DNA of 64,000 nt from a virus. A program made the translations under genes and the position numbers. This document shows, piece by piece, positions 39,300-47,316 of this stretch. The stretch lies in the IMG/VR virus record IMGVR_UViG_3300032265_003779, positions 1-64,000 of that record, one strand, 5' to 3'. Position 1 is the first letter of the stretch; each line of letters begins with the position of its first letter. Under the pieces are notes generated by a model. The model saw only the letters and a program-made list of their open reading frames with translations. It was not told the DNA's origin and ran no database searches.

Positions 39300-40118
39300 A
39301 TGGTTTATTCAAATAAGTTTGTAATGTGTATTTTAGTCAATGGTCAAATTGCCAAAGAATTTCCAAATGGCACAACATTGATTCCTTTTGGCAGTGAATA
39401 TACAATAAGATTTAGAAATAAAAACTCTAGAAAAGCAGTAGTTAAGTTCTCTATAGATGGAGAAGATGCAGGTGGACAAGGTTATATTATTCCTGCTAAC
39501 GATCATATCGATATAAAACGTTATGCTCACAAAGATGTTGCTTTTAAATTTGTGGATCTAAATAGCCAAGAAGCTATTGATTTCGGAAAAAATGGAGATA
39601 ACAAAGATAGAATTAAAGGTGTTATAGAAGCTATATTTTATTTAGAAAAAGAAATTATTAAATGCTACACATATAATAATTCTCCTACTGTTTATTGGCA
39701 AAATGCCTCTCCTAGAAGGACAAAGGGGTTTGGATTTAGTAATCCTACGCACGGAGAAATTACGGCAACTTGTGATAGTTATGAACTCCCTAGTGGGTGC
39801 GTATTGTGTTCAGCAGGTCCGGGAGTTTCCAGCCCAAAGGTTTCTGATGGAGCGACTGTAGAAGGTTCTCAAACAGGACAATATTTTAATTATCAACACA
39901 TAAATCTTGAAAATGATTATGTTGCTGTAAAGACATGTTTACAAGGATATGTCTCAGAAACTAATGATAAGGATTATTGGATTCCTAAACGGGCAGAAAA
40001 GCTAGAAGAAGAAAATAAAAAGCTTAAGTTAGAAATTACGGAAAAACTTAAGCTAGAAGCTCTTGAAAAAGAAAATAAAAGATTAAAAGAAGAATTAGAA
40101 AAGCTAAAGAACGGTTGA
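39300..40118 (+). CDS. Hypothetical protein, beta-sandwich N-domain and coiled-coil tail
   Basis: GSEYTIRFRN...VKFSIDG; AGGAGG SD. Confidence 0.75.
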   Translation: MVYSNKFVMCILVNGQIAKEFPNGTTLIPFGSEYTIRFRNKNSRKAVVKFSIDGEDAGGQGYIIPANDHIDIKRYAHKDVAFKFVDLNSQEAIDFGKNGDNKDRIKGVIEAIFYLEKEIIKCYTYNNSPTVYWQNASPRRTKGFGFSNPTHGEITATCDSYELPSGCVLCSAGPGVSSPKVSDGATVEGSQTGQYFNYQHINLENDYVAVKTCLQGYVSETNDKDYWIPKRAEKLEEENKKLKLEITEKLKLEALEKENKRLKEELEKLKNG

Positions 40119-40121
40119 AAT

Positions 40122-40169
40122 AAAAATCCCCCTGCTAATCTTTATTGGTTAGCAGGGGGATTATTTTTA
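40122..40169. terminator. Bidirectional intrinsic terminator
   Basis: AATCCCCCTGCTAA / TTAGCAGGGGGATT between convergent genes. Confidence 0.85.
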
Positions 40170-40202
40170 TAATTTAATTATTCAACTTATCTAATAATTC
40201 TT

Positions 40203-40523
40203 CTATGCTAATTTACTTTTACTCTGTGAAGCATCTCTTGTAGGAGGAGCATAGTCGTTTTCCGTCGTCGCTGGTTTGGTCGTAGGTGGACCAGCCATTT
40301 TAACTGTTTCAACTAAAACATAAAGACTGGCGGAAAGATTCCTTAACCATTCCTGATCTTCTTCTGAAAAAAAATGCCAGTATTGGTCAAGTCCTTCTCT
40401 AATCTTTTCTCCTTCATCAGACTCATCCTCACCTTTTTTAATGAGTTGATGAAGACTCACAAGGAGATCAACTGATCGTTTCAAAAAATACAAATAATCA
40501 TCTTTTTCGTTTATTTCACTCAT
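40203..40523 (-). CDS. Hypothetical protein
   Basis: 106-aa ORF in a coupled operon. Confidence 0.7.
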   Translation of the reverse strand: MSEINEKDDYLYFLKRSVDLLVSLHQLIKKGEDESDEGEKIREGLDQYWHFFSEEDQEWLRNLSASLYVLVETVKMAGPPTTKPATTENDYAPPTRDASQSKSKLA

Positions 40524-40698
40524 AATGACCTCTAGTTACTAGATTTAGACCGAATTGCGAGTCATCTTTATCTTTCCAAGAAAAAATTTCTTTAGGAATA
40601 GAAACAAGAACAGACTCGCCTTCATGATTCGTAATTTCAATTGTGAAATTACGAAATTCATCTGATGATTCTATTACTTTGACAGTGTGTGTTCTCAT
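40516..40698 (-). CDS. Hypothetical protein
   Basis: 60 aa; AAAGG SD. Confidence 0.65.
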   Translation of the reverse strand: MRTHTVKVIESSDEFRNFTIEITNHEGESVLVSIPKEIFSWKDKDDSQFGLNLVTRGHYE

Positions 40699-40713
40699 AT
40701 AAATACCTTTTTT

Positions 40714-41175
40714 TCATTCATCGAAAAAAGCTTTTACTATCGTTAATGCAGAAAATAAATTGTTTACTCTGTATCCGCACATAGCAAACAGCATGGAATG
40801 AGAATGAATATTACTGACATCATCCTCAATAATTAATACAATAGGAATATGTTTGTGGTATGCCCAAGCAATTTCAAACATACAACCAATGCTGACTTTG
40901 GTTGCACCTAAAAGATTAACAACAATAATATCTGAATTCACCACATCAGAATGATCTCTGGTTAAGATTGCTGGTCCACCAGATAAAATTCCAAGCTTTT
41001 CATTTCCTGTTGCTGAAATATCTTTGCAATCTTTTAAATAATGTTTGCCTCGCATTGGTGATAAACATTTTATTTTGTCAGATTTAGTAATTTCATTTTT
41101 AAACCACACTCTCCAATCGTTTGATTCATCATAAGAAAGAGAAGTTATTGGTCCAGCCAAGTAAACTTTATTCAT
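40714..41175 (-). CDS. Nucleoside 2-deoxyribosyltransferase / N-glycosidase-like protein
   Basis: VYLAGPI, RD-x-x-DV-x-x-SD, SIG-x-x-FEIAWA. Confidence 0.8.
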   Translation of the reverse strand: MNKVYLAGPITSLSYDESNDWRVWFKNEITKSDKIKCLSPMRGKHYLKDCKDISATGNEKLGILSGGPAILTRDHSDVVNSDIIVVNLLGATKVSIGCMFEIAWAYHKHIPIVLIIEDDVSNIHSHSMLFAMCGYRVNNLFSALTIVKAFFDE

Positions 41176-41177
41176 AT

Positions 41178-41531
41178 TTAAAACCTTCCTTTACCGCCGG
41201 CAGGCATTGGTGCAAATCCTCGGAAAGACGGATCAAATGATACTTTTTTTGCAGAACGATTTACAGGCATTTTCTTTTCAATTCTTTCGACCGCTTCTCG
41301 TAGCAGCTTAATTTCATTGGTTAAATTTTTAATTGCATCAATAGGTTCTCGCCTATTTTTTTCTATTACTGCTTGTTGTTTTCTAGCTCTTTCGGCTTCA
41401 GCTTCATACTTGCGAGTGTCTTGATCTTCGACGCTGCCGACCTCACTGTCCCACGGCGGCACTTCTAATGTATGTGCCACAGAAGACAGTAGAAACACAA
41501 ACGCTAAAAATCCTATAAAAACTTTTTTCAT
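41178..41531 (-). CDS. Secreted coiled-coil protein
   Basis: Signal peptide. Confidence 0.65.
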   Translation of the reverse strand: MKKVFIGFLAFVFLLSSVAHTLEVPPWDSEVGSVEDQDTRKYEAEAERARKQQAVIEKNRREPIDAIKNLTNEIKLLREAVERIEKKMPVNRSAKKVSFDPSFRGFAPMPAGGKGRF

Positions 41532-41532
41532 T

Positions 41533-41808
41533 TTATTTGTCCTTCTTTTTTGCTTTGCGATCTTTTATAACATCTTTCAAAAAATCTCTAATTGCACATT
41601 GGCGTTTAATATTAATTTCAACATCTTTAAGCCAATCTTTTATATTAGCATCTTCTCTTACGTAAATCTGCTCTGAGCCTTGCTCAACTATGATTAAACC
41701 ACCATCATCTTCATCATAAATACACGCTTTTAATTTAATTTTATCCTTTTTATCTGTGTATTCGTTGTATGGAAAATCACGAGGCTTTTTAATATTTTTA
41801 ATATTCAT
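41533..41808 (-). CDS. Hypothetical protein
   Basis: ATGA-coupled start. Confidence 0.65.
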   Translation of the reverse strand: MNIKNIKKPRDFPYNEYTDKKDKIKLKACIYDEDDGGLIIVEQGSEQIYVREDANIKDWLKDVEINIKRQCAIRDFLKDVIKDRKAKKKDK

Positions 41809-42176
41809 TTGAACTCCGTATTTTCTGCCCATTGATATAGATCTTTTTTGTTGAAAAAGACTGGCTTGTTCAACTTTTTAAACTCTTCAACTTCTCCATC
41901 TGCTCCTGAGCTATCGTATTGGGAGTAGTTTAGTTTTTCATTAACAACGCCCAATCTCAAACATGCATCATATCTGTTTAAAAGAGCCAAATCATATGCT
42001 ATCCAGTCTTTGTAAGGTCTTGGAAAAATTGTATGTTGAAAATGCGACCAAAGAGGAACTACGGGAATTACTATTTTCTCATCCATCAATTCATCAAAAA
42101 CCTTACATTGAAAGTGGACATTAACACTAACGTCACCTTTTGTATATGGAGAAGCAATATAAACTACTGGTTTCAT
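41805..42176 (-). CDS. DUF4406/DUF1937-like protein (deoxyribosyltransferase fold)
   Basis: VYIASPY...D...S-x-GA-x-x-E; promoter TTGATT-17-TATCAT at 42183-42211. Confidence 0.7.
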   Translation of the reverse strand: MKPVVYIASPYTKGDVSVNVHFQCKVFDELMDEKIVIPVVPLWSHFQHTIFPRPYKDWIAYDLALLNRYDACLRLGVVNEKLNYSQYDSSGADGEVEEFKKLNKPVFFNKKDLYQWAENTEFK

Positions 42177-42285
42177 GCTATTATGATACACAAATTCTAC
42201 AGTATAATCAAGAGTTAAAAATAAAAAAATTTAATTTTTTTTATTATTAAAGTAATATATATGTTATAAAGAAGGAGACTTTCAT

Positions 42286-42603
42286 ATGGCAGACTACATT
42301 GTTAAATTAAATCCGGATGTTGTTAATATGGGCACTGAAGGAGGAATGGATAGCTCTTTAGTAGACGGCAAGTCTATTCAAAGAACACTTCATGGTTTAA
42401 TGGTAGTAAATGGCGAAGATCGCAAAATGGTTGGAAAATTAGCAGACGGCGAATCATTTAATGATGTTGTAGAAAAAGAAGATCTTACAGATATGGTTAC
42501 GCCAACTCCTACACCTACACCAACAAAGACTCCTACACCTACACCAACAAAGACTCCTACACCTACACCAACAAAGACTCCTACACCTACACCAACAGCG
42601 TGA
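42286..42603 (+). CDS. Small virion protein: SIQR...DGE-x-F domain plus Thr-Pro tail
   Basis: AAGGAG SD; shared domain; (TPTPTPTK)n. Confidence 0.75.
   Translation: MADYIVKLNPDVVNMGTEGGMDSSLVDGKSIQRTLHGLMVVNGEDRKMVGKLADGESFNDVVEKEDLTDMVTPTPTPTPTKTPTPTPTKTPTPTPTKTPTPTPTA
42499..42597 (+). repeat. 24-nt tandem repeat encoding TPTPTPTK
   Basis: Directly visible. Confidence 0.9.
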
Positions 42604-42615
42604 TGAAGATTAGCT

Positions 42616-43019
42616 CTAACGGGGCGAAATTTCGTTACTTGTTCTGTGGATTGTTGGATAAGTGTTAGGCGGAATTTCGTCACAAACTAAAATTTCATCA
42701 CCATTTTCAGATTTAGTTCCAAACATAAAAGAATCTTTACCTAAAACTCTAAACTCTACATTGTCTAGTTTCAGGATAACTTTGTCGGTATCTTTGTCGG
42801 TAAAAACTATGCTATCCCTGTATGAATAAACTATCTGTGAAGATTTCTTAGGCGTCAAAAAAAATGGTATAAACTAAAGGTCAACAAGGCGGTGATCACG
42901 CAGCATGTAAGTATCCAGGGTCTTTCTTTATCGCTGAATCTCGTAACTTCTGGTCTTTTGTCGCTGAATCTCGTAACTTCTGGTCTGTAGATTTTATGGA
43001 AAAAATAAAATAGATTCAT
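42616..43019 (-). pseudogene. Membrane protein gene split at a T8 tract (frameshifted, slippage-dependent or assembly error)
   Basis: ORF 43019..42855 ends CAT TTT TTT TGA; the -1 frame continues as LTPKKSS... to 42616. Confidence 0.55.
42931..42986 (-). repeat. 30-nt-period duplication encoding RPEVTRFSDK twice
   Basis: TCGCTGAATCTCGTAACTTCTGGTCT occurs twice. Confidence 0.9.
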
Positions 43020-43342
43020 ACTGGCTCCACACAATTTCTGTCAATGCAAACAATATTTGGGGCATCAACGACTTGAAAAATTCCATCACTATTTCTTTTA
43101 GCAAGTTTTTCTGACTGGAAAAAGAAATTGGCTAGTAGACCAGCCGTAAACACTTTTTCGTCCCAATCATCAAACTGAATTATCCCCTCGGGAATAATTT
43201 CTTCGACAATATCAGGGAGAACTTGAATTTGCATTTCATGAGGCATTTCGGTAAAACCACTACACTCCAGAACATTCGGCTTAGCATGAGGAACATACCA
43301 AACTAAGTCCTTGATACGATCTTTAAGCAGTTTAAATTTCAT
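43016..43342 (-). CDS. Hypothetical protein
   Basis: 108-aa ORF. Confidence 0.65.
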   Translation of the reverse strand: MKFKLLKDRIKDLVWYVPHAKPNVLECSGFTEMPHEMQIQVLPDIVEEIIPEGIIQFDDWDEKVFTAGLLANFFFQSEKLAKRNSDGIFQVVDAPNIVCIDRNCVEPV

Positions 43343-43352
43343 TTTCTACTTT

Positions 43353-43754
43353 CTAAAGTAGTGTAACATCTTTTGTAAATTTATTAAATTTTAAAGTAAT
43401 TTTTCTTACAAGAGGTTTACTTTCATCATAATTAAACGAGCATTCATCTGCTATTACCTCTAATGTGGCAAAGTTAACCTCACGTAAAACATTACCAACT
43501 GCGTCGTAGGACTTAAATTTTAATAAGTCCATAGAATGATCCATAAAAATCCAATTCTCTAATTGTTTGTCTGTTAGTGTGTCTTTATGTTCATTAAAAA
43601 TTTCATAAAAACCTATTATTATATTTTTTTTAATTAAATCAAATTTAAATTCACAAATTGTATTTTTAAAATTATTATATTTTGACAAACTAGACTCTAA
43701 AGTGAATCTGTAGTTCATTGAAATAGTTGCTTGTTTTTCAGGTGTAGAATCCAT
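43353..43754 (-). CDS. Hypothetical protein (weak tail-tube-like pattern)
   Basis: YRF...YD-x-x-G...F-x-Y...ITLKF; promoter TTGACT-16-TATACT at 43787-43814. Confidence 0.55.
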   Translation of the reverse strand: MDSTPEKQATISMNYRFTLESSLSKYNNFKNTICEFKFDLIKKNIIIGFYEIFNEHKDTLTDKQLENWIFMDHSMDLLKFKSYDAVGNVLREVNFATLEVIADECSFNYDESKPLVRKITLKFNKFTKDVTLL

Positions 43755-43820
43755 ATTTTTATCTCTTTTTTAATAAGGTTTTTCCAAGTATACAGAAATA
43801 CTAGGAAAAGTCAACTGTTT

Positions 43821-44885
43821 TCACCTTATTAAATTGTTGAATAATATATTTTTTATTGTGCCAAGACCAGTGCAGGCGTCCCAACCGGATTTTGCTGTGA
43901 ATCCGCCATTATTACCAGAAACAATATCATTAAAATTAGACAAACTTAAAGAATAAAGCTTTGGATTAATGAATCCTAAACTTCTACGAGCAGCTTGATT
44001 GCATCTAGCTATATAAGCAGCCCAAATAGGAGATACAGCACTTGTTCCTCCAAAAATATATAATCCACCATCAACTATAACCTTGATTCCGGTAGCAGGA
44101 TCAGCAACACCAGAAACGTCTGGAACGCCTCTTTTGTTTCCAGTTGGAATAGCTGAATTTTGCCATACAGGTTTTGAAAACAAAGCACTATCTCCCCCAC
44201 CAGTAGCTCCGTAGCCGTTATTCCAAACCGTTTCTGATAACCAAGTAGCTCCAGAAGAAGAAAGTGTAGTTCCTCCACAAGCTAAAACATATGGACTACT
44301 TGCTGGAAAATCTACATGATTACCAATTTCTCCATCGGTACTTCCAGAATCCCCAGATGCTACAGTCACTGTAATGTTTGCAGAAACAGCTCTTTGAAAA
44401 GCACTATTCATTCCTGATATTCCTGATAATGTCCATTGATCTTCTGGTGCTCCCCAAGATATACTAATTATATTAACTCTGTCTGTAACAGCTCTGTTAA
44501 TAGCATTTATAAAACCCTGCTCGCTATTAGGAGCTATATAAACAATTGGTGTTATACCATTTGCCAAGCCTATTGTGGTGCACAAATCAAGCATTACCTC
44601 ACCATCGTCTGAATAAGCATTGGTTGGGCGATTTCTTGCTCCATCCACGGAAACAAATTGAACAGTAGGAGATCTTAAACCCAATCTTGAAAAATAAAGA
44701 TTTAAATCTGGTTGTTTGAAACCACCACCTAATTCTATAAAAGCAACTTTTTGCCCAGTGCCATTATAGGAAGTTGGAAATCCATAAATTGGAGCCAATT
44801 GATTTGGATAATACCATTGTGTAACAATGTTGCTGTTAGCTAATATGGAGCTATTTTCCAGGCGACGATAATAAGGTTTGAACAC
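43821..44885 (-). CDS. S53 sedolisin/kumamolisin peptidase, catalytic domain only
   Basis: EVMLD (Glu/Asp), SISWG, ASGDSG, GGTSAVSP (Ser), GWDACTGLG Ca site. Confidence 0.92.
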   Translation of the reverse strand: MFKPYYRRLENSSILANSNIVTQWYYPNQLAPIYGFPTSYNGTGQKVAFIELGGGFKQPDLNLYFSRLGLRSPTVQFVSVDGARNRPTNAYSDDGEVMLDLCTTIGLANGITPIVYIAPNSEQGFINAINRAVTDRVNIISISWGAPEDQWTLSGISGMNSAFQRAVSANITVTVASGDSGSTDGEIGNHVDFPASSPYVLACGGTTLSSSGATWLSETVWNNGYGATGGGDSALFSKPVWQNSAIPTGNKRGVPDVSGVADPATGIKVIVDGGLYIFGGTSAVSPIWAAYIARCNQAARRSLGFINPKLYSLSLSNFNDIVSGNNGGFTAKSGWDACTGLGTIKNILFNNLIR

Positions 44886-44930
44886 CTTAACCTCCTTGTT
44901 AAAGTTACTTCTCTATAGTATATATTATTC

Positions 44931-46901
44931 TTAATAATTAATTCTTAAGCTCGACCTGTGATATTTGCTTAGCAAAGCAAGTTTTCTTTTGCCAAGAATC
45001 TTAGTTATTTTTTCCTCAGCCTTATGAATATTTAATTGTTTATATTTTCTAATAAGATTATAAACATCATCTCCATCCATATTTTCATGCTTGGCTGCAA
45101 CTCCTTCTAAAAATCCTTTGATTTGTTCTGTGGTAAGATCTACTCCTTGCCATCTTATAAAATTTCCTGTCTGCTCTGATTCCATCTTGCTGTATAAAAA
45201 TCCTTGTTTTAAATTAAGTTGGCTTACTATTTCTGATCCTAGCATAGACGCCATCTCTTTCCCAGGAGTGTATGGAACTTTAACAGGCTTAGACTCAGGC
45301 TTCTGGAAATCCCATACCGTCCTGTCCCAGATAGTTGAAGTTGACTTTTGATTGAGTTGGCACATTAGCAAGTCTGTTATATCTGAATTTCTTAATTTAT
45401 TTTCAAGAATACCGGATGTTCTAAAGGTGTTGATAGTTTTTTGTTTATCTTTACTTAGCAATAATACTTTAACAAAGTAGTCTGAGGGCAAATTAATCTC
45501 GGATCCTGCTTTTGCTAATATTTTAAGTATATCAAAACTATAGTCAAATTTTTCAATAATCTTTATTAGCTCTTGTGGCGATAGTATTTTGGCTACCTTT
45601 GATGACGATTTGCTATAGATAGTATCTAAATTTTCAAGGTTAGCCGCTTTAATTATATTTGACCATGTATTGCTGTCAAGCATGTGTTGATCGTAACTTC
45701 CTTTGTAGACTACATCAAGAATCTTTTTAATTACTTTTTGAACAAAGCTTTCTTCGTTCTTTTCAATTATTTCTTCTATAATCGAAGATAGCCTAAGGCG
45801 TCCTGCACCCATGTCCCAAATCTTTACCGCAGCGTTTAAAAACAATTCAATATTATCTATACTTTTTTCATCTGCTGCTCGCATTAAACTCTTTTCAATA
45901 GTTGATAGAGTTACTCTTTTAAGATTTCCAGACTTTATTTTTTCTATAAGATCTTCATAGCTAGAGACAGATACTACCGGAAGGTTATAGCAGCTTATTG
46001 GAGAATTGTGAGCCATTAAGAAGTCATACTCATCACCCAATACTTCTTCTGGTGGCAAGTTTCTTACGTCATGAAATTGATGGTTTAATGCATCATCACA
46101 GCTTACAAATTGATATTTAACTTTATCTTTTACGTGAAAAATATATATGTCGTTTTTGGCGTAATTTCTGTGATATGTTCCTGTAGGGTCTGCTGTGCAG
46201 AAGTTTCCACCTTTGCCATACTTACAGAGAACCATATGTCTTTCACCAATTAATTTTTCTTTTTGTTTTTCATCCTCTTTATAGAAAGAAAGCTTAGGAC
46301 ACCGGTATAAAGTATAATCGCCTTCTTTTGCTACCGTTTGAATTAATCTTGAATCTTCACTTAATGTTTGACCAGACTTTTTAAGGCGTTCTTGTTCACG
46401 TTTGCTAATTTCCTGACTTCTTTCGATAGCAGCGTCTGTGTAAAATTTAGATTCACTGCCTATGACCAGCCAGCCTTTAGCTCCAATTTCAGATTTAGGC
46501 AACTCTCCGCTACTTATTCTTCTTTTGGTTTCATCTATAGCAGCTCTTAAATCTTCGTCGTGCCAAGCATCATTATAAGAAACAATAAAACCCATACTAA
46601 AAGCAAACCAATTATAGTTTTCAACATTTTTTTCTTTTAAAACATTTATTATTGATCTCGCCTTGGCTATTCCAGCGAGTCTTTCAAGCCTGGGTCCTTC
46701 GTCAGAACGCAGGTGAGGTATTCCTATAAGGAATTTTAAATCAATATTGCTATAAACACCCCCTAAAAAATCTTTTAATGAGTTTAACACTCCATTTTCT
46801 CTTGGGTTGTTTTTTGCGTATTTCTCTAGATTATCACACCAAAGACCCCAATTTTGTTCTGCGTTTTCGTTTAATATTAATAACCAATGCTTAAAATTCA
46901 T
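44931..46901 (-). CDS. Putative packaged protein, paralog A (CTA-domain)
   Basis: MNFKHWLLILNE; shares long blocks with ORF 47313..49244. Confidence 0.8.
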   Translation of the reverse strand: MNFKHWLLILNENAEQNWGLWCDNLEKYAKNNPRENGVLNSLKDFLGGVYSNIDLKFLIGIPHLRSDEGPRLERLAGIAKARSIINVLKEKNVENYNWFAFSMGFIVSYNDAWHDEDLRAAIDETKRRISSGELPKSEIGAKGWLVIGSESKFYTDAAIERSQEISKREQERLKKSGQTLSEDSRLIQTVAKEGDYTLYRCPKLSFYKEDEKQKEKLIGERHMVLCKYGKGGNFCTADPTGTYHRNYAKNDIYIFHVKDKVKYQFVSCDDALNHQFHDVRNLPPEEVLGDEYDFLMAHNSPISCYNLPVVSVSSYEDLIEKIKSGNLKRVTLSTIEKSLMRAADEKSIDNIELFLNAAVKIWDMGAGRLRLSSIIEEIIEKNEESFVQKVIKKILDVVYKGSYDQHMLDSNTWSNIIKAANLENLDTIYSKSSSKVAKILSPQELIKIIEKFDYSFDILKILAKAGSEINLPSDYFVKVLLLSKDKQKTINTFRTSGILENKLRNSDITDLLMCQLNQKSTSTIWDRTVWDFQKPESKPVKVPYTPGKEMASMLGSEIVSQLNLKQGFLYSKMESEQTGNFIRWQGVDLTTEQIKGFLEGVAAKHENMDGDDVYNLIRKYKQLNIHKAEEKITKILGKRKLALLSKYHRSSLRINY

Positions 46902-46939
46902 TATAATTTATATATAACTTTAATATATAAATTATAATG
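46899..46939. promoter_or_regulatory. 17-bp perfect inverted repeat, back-to-back late promoters
   Basis: CATTATAATTTATATAT-AACTTTA-ATATATAAATTATAATG. Confidence 0.65.
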
Positions 46940-46968
46940 GTGGCGGGGACTTGTTTTAAAGGAAAATT

Positions 46969-47175
46969 ATGAAGAGTTTCAATCAATGGTTAGAATCTAA
47001 ACTTCCAGAAATTAATTGTGAATGTGATTGCAAACCTTGTAGAGAAAGTGATTGCAAAAATTGCAATTGCAAAAATTGTAAGTGCAAAGGATGCAAATGC
47101 AAAGAAACAGATGAAGACAAAGAAGGAATGTTTAGAAGAGTGAAAACAGTACCTTTAAAATCAACAGAAAAATGA
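46969..47175 (+). CDS. Metallothionein-like Cys-rich peptide with MKSFNQWLE leader
   Basis: 11 Cys in 28 residues, in CxC/CxxC arrays. Confidence 0.7.
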   Translation: MKSFNQWLESKLPEINCECDCKPCRESDCKNCNCKNCKCKGCKCKETDEDKEGMFRRVKTVPLKSTEK

Positions 47176-47316
47176 TTATTTGATTTCAATAACTATTTTG
47201 TTTTTATCTTTGGTTACTTTAAAACCTTTTGGTGTTAAGTTTTTGTAATAATCTAAATACATTTCTATTTTAGACTTTTTACCTTCTTTTTCTTCTACAT
47301 ATTTTTTAAATTTCAT
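47176..47316 (-). CDS. 46-aa protein MKFKKYVEE... (not in ORF track)
   Basis: ATGA coupling to the 47313 stop; carries the N-terminal motif. Confidence 0.6.
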   Translation of the reverse strand: MKFKKYVEEKEGKKSKIEMYLDYYKNLTPKGFKVTKDKNKIVIEIK

